Below are positions 8,139 through 16,926 of a stretch of DNA of 51,478 nucleotides, piece after piece. The position numbers and the translations under genes were made by a program. Source of the stretch: Candidatus Omnitrophota bacterium (GTDB lineage: Bacteria; Omnitrophota; Gorgyraeia; Duberdicusellales; 4484-171); the NCBI GenBank assembly GCA_003644405.1, contig QNCE01000001.1, forward strand, positions 1-51,478. Direction: 5' to 3'. A model generated the notes under the pieces. It searched no databases, had not been told where the DNA came from, and saw only the letters and a program-made list of their open reading frames with translations. The number at the start of each line of letters is the position of its first letter. Position 1 is the first letter of the stretch.

Positions 8139-8513
8139 ATGAAAAAAGAGTTTTGTTCTACTAACGGATTTGTAAAATTTGCAGGAACCCATCTTATTGT
8201 AGAACTCTGGAAAGCAAAGAATCTTTCCTCCCTCTCCACTATAAAAAAAATCTTAAAAGATGCAGTTAAAGCCTGTGGAGCAACACTCCTAAAAATAGAC
8301 CTCCATAAATTTTCTCCTTATGGAGGTATCTCTGGAGTAGCAATAATAAAAGAATCTCATCTTAGTATCCATTCTTGGCCTGAATATGGATACGCTGCTA
8401 TAGATATTTTTGTCTGCGGAACAGTAAATCCATATAAAGCTATCCCTGTAATTAAAGAGGGATTTGAAACTAACGATATTCAAGTAGTAGAAGTTAAGCG
8501 AGGTATTTTTTAG
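8139..8513 (+). CDS. speD: S-adenosylmethionine decarboxylase proenzyme (small, pyruvoyl-dependent class 1b type)
   Basis: 124 aa. GTHLIVELW; IKESHLSIHSWPEYGYAAIDIFVCG with the Glu72-Ser73 self-cleavage site (Ser codon 8355-8357). Confidence 0.9.
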   Translation: MKKEFCSTNGFVKFAGTHLIVELWKAKNLSSLSTIKKILKDAVKACGATLLKIDLHKFSPYGGISGVAIIKESHLSIHSWPEYGYAAIDIFVCGTVNPYKAIPVIKEGFETNDIQVVEVKRGIF

Positions 8514-8516
8514 ACG

Positions 8517-9356
8517 ATGTGGTATACAGAGACTCTCTATCCAGACATAAGATTGCAGCTAAAAGGTAAACTTCTCTATCGAAAAAAAACCCTTTACCAG
8601 GACTTAAGAATTTACCGCACACAAAGATTTGGAAATACCCTTGTCCTTGATGGTGCTACTCAAGCTACAGAAGGAGATGAATTTATTTATCATGAGATGA
8701 TCACTCACCCTGTAATGCTACTTTCGCCCAATCCCCAAAAAGTCCTAGTTATTGGAGGGGGGGACGGAGGTGTAATAAGAGAAGTGGTAAAGTACCGCAC
8801 AGTTAAGGAAGTCTATCTAGTAGAAATAGATCGAGATGTAATTAATATTTCAAAAAAATATCTAAAAACTATCTGCAAAAATTCCTTTAGAGACAAACGA
8901 GTTAAGATAGTAATTGATGACGGAGCAAAATTCTTAAGACAAACTAGAGAGAAATTTGATGTGGTTATAATTGATTCCCCTGATCCAGTAGGATGTGCAA
9001 AAGTTTTATTCTCTAAAAAATTTTACCAGGATATATTCTCTGTATTAAAGAAAAATGGGTTAATGATTAGACAAGCTGGCTCAACTATTCTTCAGAAAGA
9101 AGAGCTAAGAGAAAATTGGAGAATCCTAAAAAAGATATTTCCTCATCTCTGGCTTCATCTTATTGCTGTTCCTACCTATATCGGAGGGCTATTTACCCTC
9201 ATAGTAGGATCAAAGAAAATAGACCTCTTCAATATTAGTATTAATCTTTTAGAAAAAAGATTGAGAACTTTAAAGATTAAAACAAATTATTATAATCCTT
9301 ATATCCATATAGGAAGTGCGATACTTCCTGAATATGTAAAAAAAATACTAAAATGA
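8517..9356 (+). CDS. speE: Spermidine synthase / polyamine aminopropyltransferase
   Basis: 279 aa. LVLDGATQATEGDEFIYHEM, VIGGGDGGVIREV, IIDSPDPVG. Confidence 0.9.
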   Translation: MWYTETLYPDIRLQLKGKLLYRKKTLYQDLRIYRTQRFGNTLVLDGATQATEGDEFIYHEMITHPVMLLSPNPQKVLVIGGGDGGVIREVVKYRTVKEVYLVEIDRDVINISKKYLKTICKNSFRDKRVKIVIDDGAKFLRQTREKFDVVIIDSPDPVGCAKVLFSKKFYQDIFSVLKKNGLMIRQAGSTILQKEELRENWRILKKIFPHLWLHLIAVPTYIGGLFTLIVGSKKIDLFNISINLLEKRLRTLKIKTNYYNPYIHIGSAILPEYVKKILK

Positions 9357-9718
9357 AGAAAAAGAAAAAAATCTACGGATATGAACTAATAATGGATCTT
9401 TTTGAATGTGACGAGAAAATTATTACTTCTAAGGCTAAGCTTAAAGAGTATATAGATAAGCTGTGTAAGGTTATAAAAATGAAAAAATATGGAAATGCCT
9501 TAATTTCTTACTTTGGAGAAAAAAGTCCTCACACTAAAGGATACTCATTAGTTCAGCTAATAGAAACCAGTTCCATCACTGGCCATTTTTCTGACATCTG
9601 GCGATCTGCGTATATAAATATCTTCTCTTGTAAGAAATTTAATCCTCAAATCGCTTCTCAATTTACCAAAAAATTCTTCCAAGCTAAAAGAGTAAAGCGC
9701 CGTTTTATCATCCGTTAA
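9353..9718 (+). CDS. Divergent AdoMetDC-fold (pyruvoyl decarboxylase-like) paralogue, substrate unknown
   Basis: 121 aa. Same layout as small AdoMetDCs (YGYELIMDLFECD..., LVQLIETSSITGHF, AYINIFSCKKFNP) but lacks the ESH and WPE motifs. The start overlaps the speE stop as ATGA (9353-9356). Confidence 0.6.
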   Translation: MKKKKKIYGYELIMDLFECDEKIITSKAKLKEYIDKLCKVIKMKKYGNALISYFGEKSPHTKGYSLVQLIETSSITGHFSDIWRSAYINIFSCKKFNPQIASQFTKKFFQAKRVKRRFIIR

Positions 9719-10019
9719 CTATCTCTATATTCCTTAGCCTAATTCCTTTAGGAAGATTTTTAGATAATTTTATTCTCAGTAACTCTTTATCCACCCTTTC
9801 TCTAAAGTAGAAAATTACCTCAATCTCCCCTTTTTCTCCTAACTTAAGAGCTTTATTAAAACTCATCTTAGCGCGGGGATTAAACCCTTGAGTAAAAAAG
9901 ATAGGCAATTGAGTTCTTCTTAAAGCTCTTTCTAAAATTCTAACTAAATCTAGTTGAGAAAAATATCTCATAATTCCTTCTTTTCTAATAGTTACTTTAA
10001 TCTTAAATCTCTTATCCAC
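9708..10019 (-). CDS. Radical-SAM-linked protein (TIGR03936/DUF2344-like), short form
   Basis: 103 aa. FSQLDLVRILERALRRTQLPIFFTQGFNPRAKMSF matches the family N-terminal signature. GTG start overlaps the upstream radical-SAM stop by 8 nt. About half the length I recall for this family. Confidence 0.6.
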   Translation of the reverse strand: MDKRFKIKVTIRKEGIMRYFSQLDLVRILERALRRTQLPIFFTQGFNPRAKMSFNKALKLGEKGEIEVIFYFRERVDKELLRIKLSKNLPKGIRLRNIEIVNG

Positions 10020-11640
10020 GCCAGTTTATGTGAGACCAACTAAAATTGTTAACAAACGAGGATAAATACCACCGATAATCTAACTCTTCTTCTCTGAATG
10101 CTTCCTCCCATAATCTCCAGTTAAAATGCTCTGTGTAGGAATCAAACTTTGCTCCCTTAAGAAAAGCTCTGTAAATAACTCTAGAAAGTCTTCTATCCCC
10201 CCGAGAAAGCACTGCCTCTATAATCCTCTGTTTGATATTAGAGATAGAGAGTTTTATATTTCTCCTCTTGAGAGTTTTAAGAAGAAGCTCTCTTTTTTTA
10301 TAAAGGACATCCTCTGGCTCCATTGCTAAATCCTGGAAGAGCGAAAAGGGCTTAGGCACAAACACATTTATACTTACATGGAGCCTCATATTAAGCTCTT
10401 TAGCTATCTTTCTTACTAACTCCCCTATGGAAATTAAATCTTGTTCTCCCTCACCAGGAAGACCAAACATAAAGTAAAGTTTGATGTGTCTTAAGTTTAA
10501 CGACTTCAATATTTCTTTAGCTTCTAAAAAAGTATCCACATCAATTCTTTTATTTATTCTCTCCCTTAACTGAGGTGTTCCTGCCTCTATTGCTAGGGTA
10601 AGCGAAGTCTTTTTTACTTTAAGAAGTTTCTTATAAAGCCTAGATACTAAATCTTCTACTCTTAGGGAAGGCAAAGATATTCCTACCTTCTCCTTATTAA
10701 ATAAGCCTTCAGCTTCCTCTATTAACTCCTCTATATGAGAATAATCAGAAGCAGAGAGGGCCAAGAGAGAAAAATTCTCATATCCACTGCTTTTGTAAAC
10801 TGCTTCCATAATCTTTAAAATCTTTTCCACTTTCTTCTCTCGGTAAGGATAGTAAAAGCAACGTGCTTGGCAGAAGTAACAACGATTGGGACAACCACGA
10901 GCAATTTCTATCTGAACACGATCATGAACAATTTCGGTATGAGGAGTAAGCCAATTTACAGGATAATAAACACTATTTAAATCCTTCACATAAATCTTCT
11001 TTAGAGGAAGATGAGCATACTTATACTTTTTAAAAAAATAATAATCTCTTCCTTTTACTTCTACATGGTAAAATTTTGGTACATAAAACCCTTCTATTTC
11101 CGCCAAAGCTCTAAGGCGTGATTCTTTGTCCTTATATTTTCTTAGGATAGAAACAAATTTTGCTATCTTCTCTTCAAATTCTCCTAAAAAGAATACATCC
11201 ACAAATTCCGCCAAAGGTTCCGGGTTGGATATACCTCCCCCTAGGAGAATAATCTTTTTTCTCTCCTCTCCTCTAAGAGGAACCCCTCCTAACTTAAGCA
11301 TATAGAGAAAGTTGGTAAAGTTTAACTCATAACTAAGATTAAATCCTATAACATCGAAACTAGATAAAGGTAACTTACTTTCTAAAGAAAATAATCTCTT
11401 CTTTCTCTTCTCTAAATAATCTCCTAAATCCAAACCTGGAAAAAATACCCGCTCGCAGACTATATCGTTAAACTCGTTAAACATAGCATAAAGTATCCTT
11501 AATCCCAAATTGCTCATGCCTACTTCATATAAATCAGGGAAACAAATAGCTACTTTTATCTTTCCCCGATGTTTCTTCTTAATAACATTCCACTCGCTAT
11601 CCAGATACCTCTGAGGCTTCTGGAAATTCAACCAGTTCAT
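10012..11640 (-). CDS. TIGR03960-type radical SAM protein with a B12-binding-like N-domain, function unknown
   Basis: 542 aa. KVAICFPDLYEVGMSNLGLRILY N-domain and CPNRCYFC (CX3CX2C) cluster motif. ATGA overlap with the rodA stop. Confidence 0.75.
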   Translation of the reverse strand: MNWLNFQKPQRYLDSEWNVIKKKHRGKIKVAICFPDLYEVGMSNLGLRILYAMFNEFNDIVCERVFFPGLDLGDYLEKRKKRLFSLESKLPLSSFDVIGFNLSYELNFTNFLYMLKLGGVPLRGEERKKIILLGGGISNPEPLAEFVDVFFLGEFEEKIAKFVSILRKYKDKESRLRALAEIEGFYVPKFYHVEVKGRDYYFFKKYKYAHLPLKKIYVKDLNSVYYPVNWLTPHTEIVHDRVQIEIARGCPNRCYFCQARCFYYPYREKKVEKILKIMEAVYKSSGYENFSLLALSASDYSHIEELIEEAEGLFNKEKVGISLPSLRVEDLVSRLYKKLLKVKKTSLTLAIEAGTPQLRERINKRIDVDTFLEAKEILKSLNLRHIKLYFMFGLPGEGEQDLISIGELVRKIAKELNMRLHVSINVFVPKPFSLFQDLAMEPEDVLYKKRELLLKTLKRRNIKLSISNIKQRIIEAVLSRGDRRLSRVIYRAFLKGAKFDSYTEHFNWRLWEEAFREEELDYRWYLSSFVNNFSWSHINWRG

Positions 11641-12704
11641 TGCCTGCTAATATTAAAAACTACTCCTAAAAGAAAAAAATTAAAAAAAAGGTGGGTTCCT
11701 CCATAGCTTAGGAAAATTAAAGGGAGTCCTACTACAGGCAACATTCCTAGTGTCATCCCTATATTTATGAAGATGTGCAAAAAAAACAGATAAGCTGTAC
11801 CTATCAAAATATATCGAGCAAAATCGTCTTTGGCTTCTTTGGTAATAGCAAGGATATTTTTAAGGATTAGATAGTAGATAATTAAAAGAAAAAGAGAACC
11901 TAAGAATCCCCACTCTTCTGCCACAACCGTAAAGATAAAATCCGTGTGACGCTCAGGAAGGAAGTTAAACTGATTTTGAGTCCCAGAAAGAAATCCTTTA
12001 CCTAAAATCTTTCCTGAACCAATAGCAATCTTGGATTGTAAAATTGTGTATCCCGCTCCTAAGGGTTCGCAATTAGGATTCAAAAAAACGAGGAGTCTTT
12101 TCTTCTGGTAATCCTTAAGGAAACGCCATCCTAAGGGAGTAATAAGTATACCTGTGATTAGACAAAAAACGAAATATTTCTTTTTTATCGAAGAAGATAG
12201 CCCCATAAGGAAAAATACAAAAATACATATAAGAGCAGTGCCTAAATCAGGTTGTTTAAAAATAAGAAAGGAGCTTAACAAAACTAATCCCAAAGGAAGT
12301 AACACTTTTTTAACAAAAATGTTTTTATCAAAACTTTGGGAGAAAAATCTTGCTAAGATAAACACTGTTACCACCTTGGAAAACTCTGAAGGTTGGAAAT
12401 TCATACCAAGAAAAGAAAACCACCTCCTTGCCCCCATAACTTCTTTGCCCAAAAACTTTACTCCTATAAGAAGCGCTAAATCAACTATATAAAGAAAAAG
12501 ACTTAAATCAAAGTATAGTCTGTAGTTTATGAAAGAAGAAATAGCCAAAACCACCCACCCAATAGTTATCCAAGCTATCTGTCGATAAAGAATGTACTCA
12601 TTTGTGAGCTCTCCCGCCTGATGAAGGGAACTATAAAGAGAGGAAATACTCCATATATTGAGGATAGCTATACAGACAACAATTACTAATCTTGCTCGAG
12701 TCAT
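11637..12704 (-). CDS. rodA: SEDS-family peptidoglycan glycosyltransferase RodA
   Basis: 355-aa polytopic protein with QPSEFSKV and QPDLGTAL motifs, positioned directly after mrdA. Confidence 0.9.
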   Translation of the reverse strand: MTRARLVIVVCIAILNIWSISSLYSSLHQAGELTNEYILYRQIAWITIGWVVLAISSFINYRLYFDLSLFLYIVDLALLIGVKFLGKEVMGARRWFSFLGMNFQPSEFSKVVTVFILARFFSQSFDKNIFVKKVLLPLGLVLLSSFLIFKQPDLGTALICIFVFFLMGLSSSIKKKYFVFCLITGILITPLGWRFLKDYQKKRLLVFLNPNCEPLGAGYTILQSKIAIGSGKILGKGFLSGTQNQFNFLPERHTDFIFTVVAEEWGFLGSLFLLIIYYLILKNILAITKEAKDDFARYILIGTAYLFFLHIFINIGMTLGMLPVVGLPLIFLSYGGTHLFFNFFLLGVVFNISRQ

Positions 12705-14392
12705 ATAAGATTCTCTTCCTTCAATTTTTTAAGAAGTTGATAAGTAACTTTTACTGCTTGGTAACTGGAACCTCCGTTCTCTAAAAAAACACACACAGAA
12801 TATTTCGGATTTTGATAAGGGAAAAATCCTGCAAACCATCCATGGGCTTTCCCTCTGGTTTGGGCAGTTCCCGTTTTACCAGCAATATCCAATCCTAAAA
12901 GGCTTAAAAGATGGGCAGTTCCATCCTCTCTAGCCACCGCTTGCCTTAATCCCTCTCTTACTACTTCTATACTTTCTTTAGATAAACCTAAACTTAGTTT
13001 CCTTTTCGTAATAAAGGGGGATTCTTTTATCTTTTTAAGAAGATGAGGCCAAACTAAGTAGCCTTGATTAGCAAAAGCAGAGATAAATACTGCTACCTCT
13101 ATAGGAGTAATCTCTATATACCCCTGGCCAATGGAGAGATTTACAGTATCACCAGCATACCATCCTCTCTTTTTAACTTTTCTCTTCCAACTTCTTGTTG
13201 GTACCAGTCCCTTATTTTCAAAAGGAAGATCTATCCTTGTTTTTTTATCCAAACCAAAAATTTTTGCCCATTTAGCTATTCTCTCTACTTTAAGACGTAA
13301 GCCTAAATTATAGAAGTAGATATTACAAGAATGAGCTAAAGCATCATAAAGGTCTTCTTGACCATGTCTGCTCCAACAACTAAACTCTGTATCTGCTAGA
13401 GTGAACTTACCCGAACAAAAAAAAGTGGTGTGAGGATTAATCACTTTCTCTTCCAGACCTGCTACAGCTACTACTGGCTTGAATATCGAACCTGGTGGAT
13501 AGCGAGCTTGAATAGCTCTGTTAATTAGGGGCTTTCTTTTATCTTTCAATATATACTCTACATCTTTACCTTCTATGAAACTGTTAGGGTCGAAAGAAGG
13601 TTTAGAAACTAAAGAGAGAATCTCTCCAGTGTGAGGATCCATAACGATAATTACTCCTTTAAAATTACCTAAGCTTTGATAGGCTATTTCCTGAAATCGA
13701 GTATCCAAAGTAAGATAAATGTCATTACCTTTCTTTTTACTTCTTTTACCTAAAAATCCCATCACTTCACCTCTTGAATCTACTTCTATAAGTTCTACTC
13801 CATCTTCTCCTCTTAAAAATTGATCATAAAATCGTTCTACCCCTCTTACGCCCACTCTCTGAGAAGGGGAGTAACCATACTTTTTTATATCTTGGTAAAT
13901 TACCTCTGCTTTCTTCACATAACCGAGTACATGGGAGTATAGATAGCTAAAGGGGTAATAACGTTGGGGAGTAATTCTTATAAGAACGTTATCCTCAAAA
14001 ACTTCCTTAATCTTCAAAGCCTTAAGTTTATCTACATTAGTTAACACTTCTACAGGAGAGAATACATTTTGAAAATTTTTTTGGTAATTAATAGTGATAA
14101 TCTTCTTATCTACCCCTGCAACTTCAGCTAACTTTTCAAAGAGAGATTTTCTCTTACCCTTTATCTGATAAGGTATTACTGCTATGTTAAAGATGGGTTT
14201 GTCCCGAGCAATCAAGATACCTCTTCTATCAAAAATAGAACCTCTGATAGAGGGAAAATTAATTATCTTCACATAGTTGCTCTTTGCCCTCTTCAGATAA
14301 TAATCCCCTCTTATAATTTGGAAGTAAAAAAGACCAAAAACAATTATTAAGAAACCTCCAACTATTACTCTTAAAGTTAATCTGTTACCCAT
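12701..14392 (-). CDS. mrdA: Penicillin-binding protein 2 (elongasome transpeptidase)
   Basis: 563 aa. N-terminal TM helix and transpeptidase motifs SIFK (SxxK), SCN (SxN) and KTGT. Confidence 0.9.
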   Translation of the reverse strand: MGNRLTLRVIVGGFLIIVFGLFYFQIIRGDYYLKRAKSNYVKIINFPSIRGSIFDRRGILIARDKPIFNIAVIPYQIKGKRKSLFEKLAEVAGVDKKIITINYQKNFQNVFSPVEVLTNVDKLKALKIKEVFEDNVLIRITPQRYYPFSYLYSHVLGYVKKAEVIYQDIKKYGYSPSQRVGVRGVERFYDQFLRGEDGVELIEVDSRGEVMGFLGKRSKKKGNDIYLTLDTRFQEIAYQSLGNFKGVIIVMDPHTGEILSLVSKPSFDPNSFIEGKDVEYILKDKRKPLINRAIQARYPPGSIFKPVVAVAGLEEKVINPHTTFFCSGKFTLADTEFSCWSRHGQEDLYDALAHSCNIYFYNLGLRLKVERIAKWAKIFGLDKKTRIDLPFENKGLVPTRSWKRKVKKRGWYAGDTVNLSIGQGYIEITPIEVAVFISAFANQGYLVWPHLLKKIKESPFITKRKLSLGLSKESIEVVREGLRQAVAREDGTAHLLSLLGLDIAGKTGTAQTRGKAHGWFAGFFPYQNPKYSVCVFLENGGSSYQAVKVTYQLLKKLKEENLI

Positions 14393-14820
14393 TTAAGTAG
14401 AAAGCGTTCCATAATAAAAAATACAAGTAGTGATTGCATAAAAAAGGAAAAAATTAAAGAAGGTAGAATTTGCCCTACCTCTATGCTGTTAAGTAAAGCA
14501 TAAAAAATTATAGCTAAACCTACAACAAGATTTTTTATAATGCTCCTCCCATGGAAATATTTAAGGGTTAATCTCAAAAACATATTTATAAGAACAAAAC
14601 TAAAGGTATAGAAGAGTAAAGACTGGGGAGGAAATAAATCCTTAAACAATCCGAAAACGAATGCAAATCCAAAGCTATAGAGAAAAGCTAAGTTTAAAGA
14701 AACAAAAAGAATACCTAGAAAAAGAAATTCGCTACAGAAATAGAATCCAAAAGGCTTTAAGAAATCAACTAAAAAGAAGAGAAATAAGGCTATACTTAGT
14801 TTTATAAGAGTGGTTCTCAC
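14377..14820 (-). CDS. mreD: Rod shape-determining protein MreD
   Basis: 147-aa multi-TM protein between mreC and mrdA. Called mainly from position and topology. Confidence 0.7.
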   Translation of the reverse strand: MRTTLIKLSIALFLFFLVDFLKPFGFYFCSEFLFLGILFVSLNLAFLYSFGFAFVFGLFKDLFPPQSLLFYTFSFVLINMFLRLTLKYFHGRSIIKNLVVGLAIIFYALLNSIEVGQILPSLIFSFFMQSLLVFFIMERFLLKWVTD

Positions 14821-15530
14821 TTTAGGAGAAAAACTTCCCTTACAGAATATACGTTAGATTTAGGTTTAACCTCTATGTCTAAGAAAAAATCGTTCTTTGT
14901 CTCTCTAACCCTCTGAACTCTACCTACGACTATAGGAAGATCAGCATATTTTAACCAAACCTTATCGCCAATACTTATATTTTTATCTCCTTCCACATAC
15001 AGAATCTTTAAGGACCCCCAAAGCGTTCCTTTAAGGAGTCCAGCAGTTTTATTTTCTATCAACACAGGAAGAGAAAAGTAAGGATCGTCAAGAAGAATTA
15101 GTTCAGAATACTCATTAAAAGATTGTGAAATCTTTCCTAAAAGATACCCCTGGCTATCTATAGCTAATGTCCCTTTAATTATTCCATCCCTTTTACCTAA
15201 ATCAATGAACGCTACTTTTCTAAATCCTGAAGGATAAAACCCTAACACTCTAGCGTAGATTAAGTCAGGCCTTCTCTCCTTAATACCTAATGCTCTCCTT
15301 AAACGTCTATTTTCCTCCTCCAAAGTTTTCATCCTTTCTAAAGTGAGACGGAAATCTAAATTTTTTCTCTTTAACTCCTCTATACGGGAAGAAACTATAG
15401 AAGGAAATAGAATATTATTAGGAAAAGAAAAAAATAGCGCAAGGAGAATTCTTTTAAAAGTCAACAGAAATAAAACTATGAAGAGAATATAACCAAGGAA
15501 TTTTAACCTAGATTTAGAAGGTAGATACAA
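14817..15530 (-). CDS. mreC: Rod shape-determining protein MreC
   Basis: 237 aa. N-terminal TM helix, coiled-coil ([29 protein letters not shown]), then a beta-rich domain. Follows mreB. Confidence 0.85.
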   Translation of the reverse strand: MYLPSKSRLKFLGYILFIVLFLLTFKRILLALFFSFPNNILFPSIVSSRIEELKRKNLDFRLTLERMKTLEEENRRLRRALGIKERRPDLIYARVLGFYPSGFRKVAFIDLGKRDGIIKGTLAIDSQGYLLGKISQSFNEYSELILLDDPYFSLPVLIENKTAGLLKGTLWGSLKILYVEGDKNISIGDKVWLKYADLPIVVGRVQRVRETKNDFFLDIEVKPKSNVYSVREVFLLK

Positions 15531-16575
15531 GAGAGATTTTCTTTAAATATCGGGGCTCCTCTAAAATCTTACCTGTTCCTTGAGCTACCGCAGTCAGAGG
15601 ATCGTCAGCAATAAAACAAGCCAACCCTGTTTCTTCTGAAACCAACTTATCCAAGCCTCTTAGAAGAGAACCGCCTCCACACAGAACAATCCCCCTCTCA
15701 ATTAAATCAGCAGCTAACTCAGGGGGGGTATTTTCTAAAGTAACCTTTGTGGCTTCTACTATATCTTTTAAAGGTGCCTGGAGAGCTTCTCTTATTTCTT
15801 CCGAGTTAACCCGTATAAACTTTGGTAATCCAGTAATTAAATCCCTCCCTCTTACTTCTATAACCATCTCCTCCTCTAAAGGGTAAGCTGAACCTATCTT
15901 TATTTTTATCTCTTCAGCGGTCCTTTCTCCAATCATCAAATTGTAATTCTTCTTCATATGTTCAACTATTGCTTCATCCATTTCATCTCCACCTACTCTC
16001 ATAGAACGAGCATAAACTATCCCTCCTAAAGAAATAACTGCAATTTCAGTGGTACCTCCTCCAATATCTATAATCATATTTCCTTGGGGTTCAGCAATAG
16101 GTAAACCTACCCCAATGGCAGCAGCAATAGGTTCTTCTACAGGAATCACCTCTCTTGCTCCTGCACGAAGAGCTGAATCCTTTACAGCTCTCTTCTCTAC
16201 TTCAGTTATTCCTGAAGGCACTGCAACTATAATACGAGGACGGGTAAGAATTTGGTGAGAATGGACTTTCTTTATAAAGTAGCGAAGCATCTCTTCAGTA
16301 ATGTTAAAATCAGCAATTACTCCATCTTTCATCGGCCTTATTGCCACGATACTCCCTGGAGTTTTGCCCAGCATCTTCTTCGCTTCTTCTCCCACTGCTA
16401 ATACTTGGTGGGTATTCTTATAGATAGCTACCACTGAAGGTTCACATAGGACTATCCCCTCTCCTTTTACATACACTAAAGTAGTAGCTGTACCTAAATC
16501 AATACCGATATCGTTGGAGAATTTCCCTAAAAAGTTACTCCCTATACTGGAGAGATATCTAAAGATATTCATCAC
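15514..16575 (-). CDS. mreB: Actin-like rod shape protein MreB
   Basis: 353 aa. [13 protein letters not shown] and [13 protein letters not shown] phosphate-binding motifs. The track start is GTG (16575) and an ATG follows immediately (16572). Confidence 0.95.
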   Translation of the reverse strand: MMNIFRYLSSIGSNFLGKFSNDIGIDLGTATTLVYVKGEGIVLCEPSVVAIYKNTHQVLAVGEEAKKMLGKTPGSIVAIRPMKDGVIADFNITEEMLRYFIKKVHSHQILTRPRIIVAVPSGITEVEKRAVKDSALRAGAREVIPVEEPIAAAIGVGLPIAEPQGNMIIDIGGGTTEIAVISLGGIVYARSMRVGGDEMDEAIVEHMKKNYNLMIGERTAEEIKIKIGSAYPLEEEMVIEVRGRDLITGLPKFIRVNSEEIREALQAPLKDIVEATKVTLENTPPELAADLIERGIVLCGGGSLLRGLDKLVSEETGLACFIADDPLTAVAQGTGKILEEPRYLKKISLVSTF

Positions 16576-16589
16576 TTTTAGTATAAGAA

Positions 16590-16618
16590 ATCATAACAAA
16601 GGGTTAAAAAAATGTCAA
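16590..16618 (-). promoter_or_regulatory. Near-consensus sigma-70 promoter for mreB
   Basis: Minus strand: TTGACA (plus 16613-16618), 17-nt spacer ending in TGT, then TATGAT (16590-16595). It lies 17 nt upstream of the ATG at 16572 and starts 9 nt after the PilZ stop. Confidence 0.6.
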
Positions 16619-16626
16619 CAAAAAAC

Positions 16627-16926
16627 CTAGGTCAAAAACTGAAGGCCTGCTAGGTACCCGTTTTCTGTTTCCCGACACCACACTATTTTCCCTACAGTCT
16701 CAATAGGCTCTGCTTGTTCATCTTCAGGAAGGGTAAATTTAACTTTTATAATTGTTTGAGGTGGTAAATATTTATCGATAAGAAGACCTAACCCCCCTTC
16801 GCTTATATTCTTGATAAGTCCTGAACCCTTAGGTTCCAAAAGGATGATATACTCTACAGGCGTGATACACCTTTTCCGAGGGTATTTCCTTTTCTCTTCA
16901 TAGGAAGAAGATTCCTGAGAATTCAT
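16627..16926 (-). CDS. Stand-alone PilZ domain protein (c-di-GMP receptor type)
   Basis: 99 aa. Both c-di-GMP binding motifs are present: RKYPR (RxxxR) and NISEGG (D/NxSxxG). Confidence 0.8.
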   Translation of the reverse strand: MNSQESSSYEEKRKYPRKRCITPVEYIILLEPKGSGLIKNISEGGLGLLIDKYLPPQTIIKVKFTLPEDEQAEPIETVGKIVWCRETENGYLAGLQFLT

